A DNA stretch of 64,000 nt from NCBI GenBank assembly GCA_020057295.1, contig JAGVGF010000006.1:179752-243751 (forward strand), in the 5' to 3' direction. The stretch is from an archaeon. GTDB taxonomy: Archaea > Nanobdellota > Nanobdellia > Woesearchaeales > UBA9642. Made by a program: the position numbers and the translations under genes. How positions within the stretch are numbered: position 1 is the first letter of the stretch; each line of letters opens with the position of its first letter. The notes under the pieces were generated by a model. The model was given only the letters and a program-made list of their open reading frames with translations. It made no database searches and had not been told where the DNA came from. Positions 1-10,060 of this stretch are shown one piece after another.

Positions 1-1746
1 TTCTGAACAAGTGTGTGATCCAGGATTTGTTCCGTCACAAGTCTCTGTTCCTTCAACAGCATTATTACCACAATAAGAACATGTTCCTCGAGTAATTGCA
101 CAAGTACTACTACAAGAAGGAGTTCCATGATTCATATCACGATCAACATTATTATACACGATACTATATTCAGAGCAAGTATGCGAACCAATATTTGTTT
201 TATCACATTCTTCAGTACCTTCAATAATATTATTCATACATAAAGAACAAGTTCCTTTCGTTAAAGCACAATTAGTACACGATGGAGTTCCATGATTCAA
301 ATTCCAGTAAGCATTGTTAAACAATGTAGTGAATTCATCACAACTATAACCACCAAGATTTGAACCATCACACTGCTCACTTCCTTCAACAATATTATTC
401 ATACACAAAGAACATGATCCTAAAGTTATTTGACAATTACCATTACATCCTGGAGTTCCATGATTCAAATTCCAGTCAGCATTGTTAAACAATGTAGTAA
501 AATAGTCACATGAATATCCTTCATCTAAATTAATCACTGAACCATCGCATTGTTCATAAACTCCATAAGCATTAGGCCATTGAAGAGAACCATCGCCGCA
601 TCGTGTACAGTCTGGATCAGATATCCCGTGACTTGCACATATTCCTGACGATATTCCGCAACTTGATCCATAATTATTCGGACATATTCCATCACTGGCT
701 CCGCAAGTATAAATATTATAATTTCCAGAAGAAACATCATATAATTTTACACCATAACCGTGTGTTCCAGAATAACATGTTCCAGAACATATTGGAGATA
801 TTGATCCTGAGCAAACATAAGATGTAGTCCAGCTACCACATTCATATACACATCCAGTTCCAGAGCCGTTCCATAATGCAAATTGTTCTAAAGAGTTTAA
901 AGGTTTTGCATCGAAAGATTCTCCATTAATAAATTCGCGATTATTCACCGAAATATCAGATAAAGTTATTTTTGGACAAATCCAGGAACTGCAATATTGT
1001 GAAGTCTGACAGACACCGGTACAATAATAATTATCTGGAGCATCGCAAGTCATTTCTGCATTTGTGTTACATGAACCTTCACAATAACAATTTCTATTAT
1101 TTAATTCTCCTCCTTGTTTACTATCACACATAGTTGTTGGTGAACTATATGTTACAGCGTAAACTTTATTATTGCCTGGAGTGTTATCACAAATGTAGTT
1201 GTAACATCCACCATTAGCTACGACATACATTCCGTCTTTGTAAGACACTGTACCATAAGAACTACATGCAATGTTTTGGCATTGACCATTTACACAATTC
1301 TGATTTGCTCCACACACATTTCCACACGATCCACAATTAGTAACAGTATTTATTGGAGTCTCACACCCATCAGATGCTATTTGATTACAATTTTTTTGTG
1401 TATTACGCGCACAAGGTTCGCATCCGCTAGAATCATCACAGTAAGAATTTATGCCACAATTTTGACTAAAATAACACGATACGCCACCAGTCCACCTAGC
1501 AGTGTTATATCCTGTACTCGTACAACCAAGAAAATCAATAGGATTACAACTAGGATAAGAAACGGGATTTTTAAACACACATGCTCCACCAGTCCATGTA
1601 CACAAACTATTCATTAAACATCCTGAATATGATTCGTGTGGACAAGGTGGACGCGCATAAACAATGTTTGATAATATTATTACTAAAAATATTAGTAGAA
1701 CAATGGTGATTCCTTTCCAAATATAACTTCGCCTACTCATCCTCAT
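1..1746 (-). CDS. Secreted Cys-rich repeat surface protein, 3' end outside the window (>580 aa, absent from ORF track)
   Basis: Hand translation is open from ATG 1746/1740 to position 1: MSRRSYIWKGITIVLLIFLVIILSNIVYA (signal peptide), an NCGSCGNVC motif, then 55-56 aa repeats C(M/G)NNxxEGxExCD...NHGTPxC. Confidence 0.9.
   Translation of the reverse strand, partial: MRMSRRSYIWKGITIVLLIFLVIILSNIVYARPPCPHESYSGCLMNSLCTWTGGACVFKNPVSYPSCNPIDFLGCTSTGYNTARWTGGVSCYFSQNCGINSYCDDSSGCEPCARNTQKNCNQIASDGCETPINTVTNCGSCGNVCGANQNCVNGQCQNIACSSYGTVSYKDGMYVVANGGCYNYICDNTPGNNKVYAVTYSSPTTMCDSKQGGELNNRNCYCEGSCNTNAEMTCDAPDNYYCTGVCQTSQYCSSWICPKITLSDISVNNREFINGESFDAKPLNSLEQFALWNGSGTGCVYECGSWTTSYVCSGSISPICSGTCYSGTHGYGVKLYDVSSGNYNIYTCGASDGICPNNYGSSCGISSGICASHGISDPDCTRCGDGSLQWPNAYGVYEQCDGSVINLDEGYSCDYFTTLFNNADWNLNHGTPGCNGNCQITLGSCSLCMNNIVEGSEQCDGSNLGGYSCDEFTTLFNNAYWNLNHGTPSCTNCALTKGTCSLCMNNIIEGTEECDKTNIGSHTCSEYSIVYNNVDRDMNHGTPSCSSTCAITRGTCSYCGNNAVEGTETCDGTNPGSHTCSE
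283..498. repeat. Intragenic 48-bp direct repeat (283-330 and 451-498, 1 mismatch)
   Basis: tggagttccatgattcaaattccagt(a/c)agcattgttaaacaatgtagt, offset 168 nt = one 56-aa repeat unit. Confidence 0.85.
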
Positions 1747-1890
1747 TTTTTACCTTTTAACTCACCTTTTAGTAATACACGACAATGTTATTTAAATATA
1801 TTGCGTTTTTTAAACTTAAATTTAGATAATATAAAAACTAAGAATAGTATCTGTTAATATATCTATTATGAAAATATATAATAAGAAAAA

Positions 1891-3690
1891 TTATTTTTTC
1901 AAAATCATCTTTATGGTTTTCATGTATGGTTTTTCTGTTCCTGTTGTCGGATTTGCAATCATTCTCAATAAATATACACCGCTACTTAATCCGTTTCCAT
2001 CTACTTGTTCTGTATACATTCCAGAATTTTGTATTCCTTTATCTACTTCTCTGACTAATTGTCCTAATGTGTTATATAATCCTAATGTTACATGAGCATT
2101 CTGCTTTAATGAATATCTAACATTTGTCGTCGGATTAAAAGGATTAGGAGAGTTTTGTGAAAGTTCGAACGATTTAGTATTATTTTTTAATATTAATTCT
2201 ATATTGTTTGAATATTTAAATTGTCCATCATTATCTATTTGTTTTAATCTATATTCTACTGTATCAGAAATATTTGTTTCTACAAATTCATATGTTCTTG
2301 ATACGGATGAACTTCCTGAACCTTGAACAAATCCTACTCTTTTCCAATCTTTAATTTTTCTATCAACATTTTTTTCTACATCAAAGCCATAATTATTTAC
2401 TTCTGTTGCAGTAGTCCATTTAAGACGAGCAATATTATCAATATATGATCCTATAAACGATACTAATTCTACTGGAAGAGGAGTTGAATTAGTAGTATTT
2501 GACCATTCACTAACTCCTGCTTCGTTTTTTGCTCTAACTCTTACAAAATATTTTGTATTTGGAGAAGCAGTAAAATTTTTATCTGTTCTTCTAAGTAAAG
2601 AATCATTTACTGAAAAAGTTGTGAATGATGAATCTGTGGATATTTGTAAATGATATGTTTCCGTACCAAATGAATTTGTCCATTTAACAAGCATTTCTAA
2701 AGGGACTCCTGTTGAATTATTAACTGGTTGTGTTATAGATACTGAAGATGGAATTGTTGGACTAACATAATCTTCTATATTTAATAAGAATGCGTTTTGT
2801 TCTCCTCTAACTTTTGCCTTATGATGTCTCTCAGCAGTTTTTGTTAATATATTATCATCTAATGTAAATTCTGGAGGATGTCCGTTCGGATCCATATTAC
2901 TTGAAAATGTTGTTACATAACTTTTATCATCTCCAAATCCTGCAACTTCGTGTTGTAAGATAGGAATTGTTGGACCAGGAGAAACATTTGCACTGATAAT
3001 ATTTATTAAACCATTTCCATCATCGAATATAGTAGTTTGATTGTTATATGGACTGTTAAAAGTTATTAGCACTCCACCATTATCTACTACATCCGCTGAA
3101 TCTGTTGTTAATATATATCTTTTTTCTTTCAATATAAATTCTATGCTTGATGTGTCGGAATCTTGCCATTGCGTTAATCCATTTCCTAATGCTTTTCTAA
3201 ATATTAACGAATCGTATGATGTTGCGTTGCTTAAGAATGTTTTTTTAGGGTAATCTGCAAATAGAGGGTCTTTATTTTTTGGAGCACTACTTGAATATAG
3301 ATCTATCATTTTCTCAGCTGTAATTATTCCTGTTCCTTTAGTTACAGTTTGTGTTGTTTCTGGAAGCGTAAAATTTAATGTCTTATTGCTTGTAATATTT
3401 ACTGCAGTTTCAAAAAAATCCATATATCCTTTTTTACTGATTCTTACATTATGTGTTCCTGATTGTATTCCTGCAATGGAGTAATTTCCGTTAACATCTG
3501 TTTCTGCAGTAATGGCACTTGAATCCACATATAATTTTACATTTTCTATTGGAACTCCTGTTGAATCTTTTAATGAAGTAATTTTTCCTTGTAAAGTGTA
3601 GTTTTGAGCTGAAGCTAATCCTGATACAAATAAAACAGGTAAAACTATTTTACGGAATAATCTACCTACAATATTATCGAGTTTTAGCAT
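1891..3690 (-). CDS. Secreted protein: carboxypeptidase-regulatory-like beta-sandwich, FN3-like domain and T9SS type A C-terminal sorting domain
   Basis: Signal peptide ending ASA-Q; GKITS...ETDVNGNYSI; FN3-like YFVRVRAKNEAGVSEWS; PLPVELVSF...YRLKQIDNDG module; C-terminal LSQNSPNPFNPTT...YNTLGQLV...LSSGVYLLR...KMILKK. Confidence 0.88.
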   Translation of the reverse strand: MLKLDNIVGRLFRKIVLPVLFVSGLASAQNYTLQGKITSLKDSTGVPIENVKLYVDSSAITAETDVNGNYSIAGIQSGTHNVRISKKGYMDFFETAVNITSNKTLNFTLPETTQTVTKGTGIITAEKMIDLYSSSAPKNKDPLFADYPKKTFLSNATSYDSLIFRKALGNGLTQWQDSDTSSIEFILKEKRYILTTDSADVVDNGGVLITFNSPYNNQTTIFDDGNGLINIISANVSPGPTIPILQHEVAGFGDDKSYVTTFSSNMDPNGHPPEFTLDDNILTKTAERHHKAKVRGEQNAFLLNIEDYVSPTIPSSVSITQPVNNSTGVPLEMLVKWTNSFGTETYHLQISTDSSFTTFSVNDSLLRRTDKNFTASPNTKYFVRVRAKNEAGVSEWSNTTNSTPLPVELVSFIGSYIDNIARLKWTTATEVNNYGFDVEKNVDRKIKDWKRVGFVQGSGSSSVSRTYEFVETNISDTVEYRLKQIDNDGQFKYSNNIELILKNNTKSFELSQNSPNPFNPTTNVRYSLKQNAHVTLGLYNTLGQLVREVDKGIQNSGMYTEQVDGNGLSSGVYLLRMIANPTTGTEKPYMKTIKMILKK

Positions 3691-3711
3691 AGTATATTAT
3701 GATAAGCAGTA

Positions 3712-3750
3712 TTTATAAAGTTTTTGGTTGTAGTCACTCAATAGTGACTA
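3712..3750 (-). promoter_or_regulatory. Archaeal TATA box (TTTATAAA 3712-3719) with upstream inverted repeat tagtcact-caat-agtgacta (3731-3750)
   Basis: TATA box lies 21 nt upstream of ATG 3690 (leaderless spacing) with A-rich BRE-like bases; the palindrome has perfect 8-bp arms. Confidence 0.55.
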
Positions 3751-3778
3751 TTATTAAGAATTTTTTCTAATAAAATAA

Positions 3779-6700
3779 CTAGTTTACAACAATATTTTTC
3801 TTTCCATAAATAAGATATTTTCCACTCGTACTATTAAACAAATTAGAAATTCCACAATAATAACCTATTTTATCAGTCACAACAATATCAGGGAATGTAC
3901 AATTAGTAATAATACTATTTACAATAAGATCATATTTCGGATCTTCAACAATGTTACCAGGAATTACAGCTGCAGTAGGATTTATTAAACAATTGCGTAC
4001 ACATTCATTAGATAAAGTAACTTTTTTCTTATCTAAACCACATTTTTTAGCACATTTTTTAACAGTATCAGCACTAGAACCATTAACTCTCTCATCACCA
4101 GTTATATTCACAAATAAAGGTAACTTAAATAACGCGTTAAGCAATTTAGAACAATTATTTCCTGTATTGAAATCCGTACCTACATCACAACTATTTAAAG
4201 CCGGAAAACAATATCCGTCTGTCAAACCATATCTGAATCCTTGAGGACAAAGAGTTTTATTAGCTGAACATATAACTGTATTTCCATCGTAATTAGTTAC
4301 AGCAGGATTATCCAAATTTAAACTTGCTACTAGACATGCAGCTTGACCACTAGAATTTTTATACACACAATTAGACGCGCCAGCGCATATCTTATGAACA
4401 GGAGGAACTGGTAATGCACATGATTGACCTAAAACAGTTAGTCCAAGTTTATCACGAACTTCTGCGCATGTCATCCACGTATGATGTGCAGAATCTATAG
4501 TGAAATTTACACCAGAGTTTGCAACAGGAATATTTTGTGTATGTGGATAGAATTTATCATCAACAGTATTCAAAGTTTTTGCCGCGTTTGTAAAGAATGC
4601 TGCTCCGCCAGGAGGAATTACACCCATTAATTTTCCTGCACATTTAGCAGGAATTGTACCATTTAAAGTATAATTAAATTCTATAGAAGTACTTCCTGCG
4701 CCAATACTTAAATCTCCCATTTCGCTACTATTTAATCCAATCACAGCTCCTTGACCGCCAATGTTACATGCACCATCAGTACTATTAATATCAACTTGTG
4801 CAAATCTTGCAGCAGAACAATCACCTGTAAAATTAATTACTACACGAACTTTATCTTTTGGAGCACACACTCCCCTATCACAACCAGTACCAGGATACAC
4901 TGCAACATTTGTAATAGAACATAATTGACAATATACACATCCAGGATTACTACTATCACAACTCTCACCATATTGAGGTTGAGTAATTCCATCACCACAT
5001 CGTGCAGCATCTTGAGTCCATTTCGGCCAATCTATAGTGCATGTATCAAGACATGGTGCATGACCAGGATAAGGCTGTCCAGCTTTTACGACATGAGTTA
5101 CACCGAGTGTATCGCATATTTCTCGACCATTATTATTATGATCTCCGTATATTTTATAATAATTAGTTCCGCCAGCATTAAGTCCTCGTTGAAAATCATT
5201 TTCGGTTAAATCATAAAATGTCCTATCAAGATTAGAAATATCATATGTTTGAGTTTCATCATTACACCAACTATCATATTTAAAATCACAATGTAACGTA
5301 GCCATAAAATAATTAGGATCAGTATCACTAAGAGGAACAACATAAAAATCAGGATAATCTGGAACCCACCATCTATTAGACCAAAATTTTGAATGGTTTA
5401 AATATCCCCAAAAGCCAGTAAACTGTCTCCATTCTATGTGTGCTTGATACCCGCTTTCACAATACGTTTCAGTGCCATCACAAAGAGTTCCATTTTGTGC
5501 AAGCCAAGGAAAAGGACCTCCATTAAGATTAGTAGCTCCTTCAGAAATAGTCTGTGCAATAGCATCTCCACATCTAGTCCTAAGAGTACAATTAGGCGAG
5601 CATCCACTACCATCTTGACCAATCATGTTGTCAGGATCATACTCGTCATAAGGATCATTTGCTCTTCTTGAGCATGTTACTGATGTTGTAATATTCTTAC
5701 TATTATTTGTTATCCATTGTAATCCATTCCATAATTTACATGATGCTACAGAACCTGAATGAGTCGCAGCAGCTTCATTTGAAGTTGCATAATTATTATC
5801 TATACAATATTTTACTCTGCTTGGTTTATCATCACATATAACAACGCGAGATCCGTCTGTTGCATTTGGAGAAGGATATGTTTTACTTCCACTAGTAGTA
5901 TTATAATCGCATTGTTCGCCTGCATCTAATTTTCCATCACCACATATTGGACCAATAATAGTTATATTTGAACATGTAGTATTACAATAGGAACAAACAG
6001 TATTAGGTGCAGCAACACATGCTGTGTTAGTATTAAATCCTCCTAAATCACATTGTTCTGTAATACTATTATGATTAGGAGTTTGTTTCATACCATCACC
6101 ACAGATTGACCAATGACATTTGTAACAATCAGCAGTATCAGTAGGACCAACATCACATTGTTCTCCATATATTGTATCTACAAAATAATTTCCACAAGAG
6201 CCATTAGTTAAAGTTATACCTTTAGTTAGTGTTGTAGAATAATAATTAGATTGTTTGTTTAAAGGAATTGGTAAACCACTATAAGCTTCTGAAGCGACTA
6301 GTGTTAAAGTTTGTCCATTACATCCAACGGGTATTGAAGGAATTTTATCGCTAAGTAAATTTGTAGGAGAAGTAAAACTACTAAGATTAGGATTGAAGAT
6401 TAATAATATCATTTTAGAAATAACATTAGTAGAATCTGGAGTGTTATAATTCATAACACAAGAACCGTATGCAGATGCGAAATCTATCTGTACACTTTTT
6501 GCTTTAGAACAATCTCCAGTATAATTTACAGTAATATTTAATTTATTATCAGAATTACATGCACTATTAACAATATCACATCCATTACCTGGTTTAATAT
6601 CTATACCAGTAATTTTGCAAGTTCCACACGCTCCATCGCCCATACAGAATGTATTTGCTGGACATTGTGCATCACTAGTACACGCAACACATTGCCGGAA

Positions 6701-9700
6701 TATGCATGTAGGCTTCAAAGAATTTTTAACTACACAATCAGTATTAGTATCACACTCTATATTATATAAGTATATAGGATTTATCTGTGTACCAGCATAA
6801 TACGCAAGAATGGTTGGAGGAAGAGTTGCTCCAATACCAAAATATTCCGTGTCTATTTTTTCAGAAACATCTTTAGAAGCTAGAACTTTTTTGGAAGGAT
6901 ATGAACCAAGTAAATCATCTTCAGTAATGTCTAATAATCTTTTTGATAAGTCATTAACAGGTAAAGATTTTACAACAACTCCACCATCATATCTAAATGA
7001 TATTCCTGTAATATTATTTATTACTTTATTACCACAAATCAAAGGAAGTGTTGGTACTGTATAAGTAAAAGACGTAGTAGTTATAAGAGGAGTATTTAAT
7101 AATGTATTAGATCCTGTCATGCCTTTCATCGAGCCACTACTAAATTGTATCTTACAAGAATTATCAGAACTTGCAGCATCCACTTGTATTGCTTCTGTTA
7201 ATGCACAATTGCCAGTATATCTAACATTAACAGTCCAAGTAGTACCAACATTACATGCATTAGCACTACTGCTACCACATGATGAAGGAGTAATTGATGC
7301 ACTTAATATTGTACAATCTTTAATTTGACAAGTATTAGTACATCCGACACTAGTATCTGGAATATTATTGGAGCAAGTAACAGGATATACATAAGCGGCA
7401 ATCAGAGTATTCCATCCCCCAACATATTTGATACATGGCGTTCCAAAAGTTATTGGTGTTGCGCCAACAGTTGCAGTATTAAATCCATTCTCCAAACAGA
7501 ATCTTGTCAATGAAGTAGTATCTCCACATACACCATAATAGTTAGCACCATTATTATTTGAACGTTGCATAGATGCAGTAGTACTAAACGTAACAGATGA
7601 TGGAGGTATATAATCACATTGCTCGCCAGAATCTGTAATAGTATTACCACATGTTGTACATCGTGAAACATCATATCCACTACAACCAGTATTACATCCT
7701 AATGTTCCTATCCATGTTCTACCATCATTCTTTACGCCCGTACAAGTCATAGAATTCAGCGTTGTACCATCACATGTTTCTGAAAATTCTTTAACATTAT
7801 TTCCACAATATCCACATTTACTATAATCAAAATTACAAGAATTAGTACATGAAACAACTCCATTATTGCAGTTCACAGCATTTCCGTTAGCATTAGAACA
7901 TGAATTGTATTGACTGCAAACTTTTCCATTAATATCAGAACCGTCACATATTTCAGCAGGTTCTCTTATACCATTACTACAATAACCACAACCAGCAGAA
8001 TTTAGTTTACATCCACCACAAATTAAATTTCCGTTGTTGGCCGGAACATCAGCACCATTTCCTTGTGGATCGCTATACACATTATAGTTTGCACAAGTTT
8101 TTCCATAAGCAGTTGAACCGTCACATTCATCTCCTCTATTTGGATCGATTATATTATCACCACAAATACTCGGAACCCATGAACATCCTAAAGTAGTACA
8201 TTTAGCTCCACGATACGCGCTACAATCAATTGTACCATCACAATAATTTGGATTAATAGCAGGTTCAACAGTGTAGCAATTGAGAGGTGCATCTGCACTA
8301 CAATCATATCCGGACCATGAAAGAGAAGGTATTTCAAATTCGCCACAACTTCTAGTTGATGGACCTTTACATATATATTCTAATTTACAAGAACTACATC
8401 CATCACCGACAACAGAATTTCCATCATCACATTCTTCTCCATCTAAAACGTTAACTACACCATCACCACAAACATTTGGTTGCCAACCACAACCAGCAGC
8501 AGTACAAGCAGAATTAGACTGCAAAGAAGAATCTTTACACTCAATTATACCGCCACAACTATGATAACATTCACTCCAAAACTGATCAGCATAGCAACCA
8601 GCAGGAGCAGTATCACATTCAGTCTCACAATTATCAACAAAATAACCATTACAACTTTGAGTTGATGAACCTTTACAAACGTACGTCTTTAAACAACTAC
8701 TTGAACATCCATCGTAATTGTTTAGATTACCATCATCACACTGTTCTCCAGCAGCAACATTCATCACACTATCACCACAAACATTTGGTTGCCAAGTACA
8801 ACCAGCAGCAGTACAAGCAGAATTAGACTGCAAAGAAGAATCCTTACAATTAATTGTGCCACCACAAATATTTGGATCATTGCCTGATTCAACAGTAGAG
8901 CAATCAGTAGGAGCATTTGCACCACAATCATAACCAGACCATGAAAGAGAAGGTATTGCAAAAATATCACAACTTCCAGTTGATGAACCTTTACAGACAT
9001 AATCTAATGCTATACGACAAGTTCCTTGTACAAAAGCTGAACAGTCAGTTCTACATCCAGGAGTGCCTATATATTCTGCACCATAAATATTAGCACAAGT
9101 GGAACCACTAGTACCATCACAAATTTCAAAACCATTTCGTATATTATCACCACAATGTTGTGTAGTAGTACATGCATTTAAAGTACAAGAAGCAGAACAA
9201 CTTTTAGAACCGATGTATCCATTAGTAATACAAATAGTTCCACTACCATCACATTGCTCATTACCATTTCTTACGTTATCACCACAAGATTCAGAAGGAA
9301 CACAAGTTCCTGACCAAGAACAAGATCCAGTACATGATTCAGTTCCCGCATAACCTGCTGCAGTAGTACATGCTCGAGTATTGCCATCGCATTGCTCAGG
9401 ACCAATCGTTATTGAATCTCCGCAATAATATGGAGTAACACAATTATTCCAGCTACACCAAAGGTCGCAAGATTTAGAGCCAGGATAACCGTTAACAAAA
9501 CATGTTTCAGTATTACTATCACATTGTTCATTACCATTTCTTACGTTATCTCCACAAGATTCATAAGAATAACATTGATCATACCCGTTACACAAACCAC
9601 CACATCGTTGAGTTCCAGAATAACCTGCTACGGTTGAACAAGATACAGTATCACCATCACATAATTCACGACCATTCCTCCAGCCGTCACCGCACATTTC

Positions 9701-10060
9701 TGTAGAATAACAATTAGAATAGCCTGTGCACAAGAAACAACTTTGAGTGCCAGTATAGCCGTTAAAATCTGTACAAGATTGAGAACCGCCATCGCAAGTT
9801 TCATAACCATTCTTTTTACCATCACCACAAGATTCACAAAATCCACAACCAGCCCACCGACAACTAGAACAATAATTTAGGCCATTATATCCCCCACCAC
9901 AGGAACAAGAATTAGGCCAATTTTGATCACACTGCTCTCCAGGATCCAAAATAGTATCACCACAATATGCGGAAACATTAGAAGAAATAATAATTAATAG
10001 AAAAGTGCTTAATATAAAAAATATTGTTAGTGAAAATAACGTTTTATTCTTCATCATCAT
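3779..10060 (-). CDS. Large secreted Cys-rich protein with Myxococcus-type cysteine-rich (DUF4215-like) repeats, 2093 aa
   Basis: N-terminal signal peptide; many CGDxxxxxxExCD(D)G repeats including CGDGVVNVLDGEECDDGNSVVGDGCSSC; three related beta-rich modules in the C-terminal half. Confidence 0.9.
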   Translation of the reverse strand: MMMKNKTLFSLTIFFILSTFLLIIISSNVSAYCGDTILDPGEQCDQNWPNSCSCGGGYNGLNYCSSCRWAGCGFCESCGDGKKNGYETCDGGSQSCTDFNGYTGTQSCFLCTGYSNCYSTEMCGDGWRNGRELCDGDTVSCSTVAGYSGTQRCGGLCNGYDQCYSYESCGDNVRNGNEQCDSNTETCFVNGYPGSKSCDLWCSWNNCVTPYYCGDSITIGPEQCDGNTRACTTAAGYAGTESCTGSCSWSGTCVPSESCGDNVRNGNEQCDGSGTICITNGYIGSKSCSASCTLNACTTTQHCGDNIRNGFEICDGTSGSTCANIYGAEYIGTPGCRTDCSAFVQGTCRIALDYVCKGSSTGSCDIFAIPSLSWSGYDCGANAPTDCSTVESGNDPNICGGTINCKDSSLQSNSACTAAGCTWQPNVCGDSVMNVAAGEQCDDGNLNNYDGCSSSCLKTYVCKGSSTQSCNGYFVDNCETECDTAPAGCYADQFWSECYHSCGGIIECKDSSLQSNSACTAAGCGWQPNVCGDGVVNVLDGEECDDGNSVVGDGCSSCKLEYICKGPSTRSCGEFEIPSLSWSGYDCSADAPLNCYTVEPAINPNYCDGTIDCSAYRGAKCTTLGCSWVPSICGDNIIDPNRGDECDGSTAYGKTCANYNVYSDPQGNGADVPANNGNLICGGCKLNSAGCGYCSNGIREPAEICDGSDINGKVCSQYNSCSNANGNAVNCNNGVVSCTNSCNFDYSKCGYCGNNVKEFSETCDGTTLNSMTCTGVKNDGRTWIGTLGCNTGCSGYDVSRCTTCGNTITDSGEQCDYIPPSSVTFSTTASMQRSNNNGANYYGVCGDTTSLTRFCLENGFNTATVGATPITFGTPCIKYVGGWNTLIAAYVYPVTCSNNIPDTSVGCTNTCQIKDCTILSASITPSSCGSSSANACNVGTTWTVNVRYTGNCALTEAIQVDAASSDNSCKIQFSSGSMKGMTGSNTLLNTPLITTTSFTYTVPTLPLICGNKVINNITGISFRYDGGVVVKSLPVNDLSKRLLDITEDDLLGSYPSKKVLASKDVSEKIDTEYFGIGATLPPTILAYYAGTQINPIYLYNIECDTNTDCVVKNSLKPTCIFRQCVACTSDAQCPANTFCMGDGACGTCKITGIDIKPGNGCDIVNSACNSDNKLNITVNYTGDCSKAKSVQIDFASAYGSCVMNYNTPDSTNVISKMILLIFNPNLSSFTSPTNLLSDKIPSIPVGCNGQTLTLVASEAYSGLPIPLNKQSNYYSTTLTKGITLTNGSCGNYFVDTIYGEQCDVGPTDTADCYKCHWSICGDGMKQTPNHNSITEQCDLGGFNTNTACVAAPNTVCSYCNTTCSNITIIGPICGDGKLDAGEQCDYNTTSGSKTYPSPNATDGSRVVICDDKPSRVKYCIDNNYATSNEAAATHSGSVASCKLWNGLQWITNNSKNITTSVTCSRRANDPYDEYDPDNMIGQDGSGCSPNCTLRTRCGDAIAQTISEGATNLNGGPFPWLAQNGTLCDGTETYCESGYQAHIEWRQFTGFWGYLNHSKFWSNRWWVPDYPDFYVVPLSDTDPNYFMATLHCDFKYDSWCNDETQTYDISNLDRTFYDLTENDFQRGLNAGGTNYYKIYGDHNNNGREICDTLGVTHVVKAGQPYPGHAPCLDTCTIDWPKWTQDAARCGDGITQPQYGESCDSSNPGCVYCQLCSITNVAVYPGTGCDRGVCAPKDKVRVVINFTGDCSAARFAQVDINSTDGACNIGGQGAVIGLNSSEMGDLSIGAGSTSIEFNYTLNGTIPAKCAGKLMGVIPPGGAAFFTNAAKTLNTVDDKFYPHTQNIPVANSGVNFTIDSAHHTWMTCAEVRDKLGLTVLGQSCALPVPPVHKICAGASNCVYKNSSGQAACLVASLNLDNPAVTNYDGNTVICSANKTLCPQGFRYGLTDGYCFPALNSCDVGTDFNTGNNCSKLLNALFKLPLFVNITGDERVNGSSADTVKKCAKKCGLDKKKVTLSNECVRNCLINPTAAVIPGNIVEDPKYDLIVNSIITNCTFPDIVVTDKIGYYCGISNLFNSTSGKYLIYGKKNIVVN
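8462..8848. repeat. Intragenic 78-bp direct repeat (8462-8539 and 8771-8848, 3 mismatches)
   Basis: Encodes CKDSSLQSNSACTAAGCxWQPNVCGD twice, offset 309 nt. Confidence 0.9.

Noticed and set aside
60-500. Regularly spaced repeats as a CRISPR array
   Set aside because: The period is 165-168 nt, in frame, and encodes protein repeats; there are no unique spacers or cas genes.
8301-8957. Near-identical repeats as a diversity-generating retroelement TR/VR pair
   Set aside because: Mismatches are not confined to adenines of one copy, both copies are in-frame coding modules, and no reverse transcriptase is in the window.
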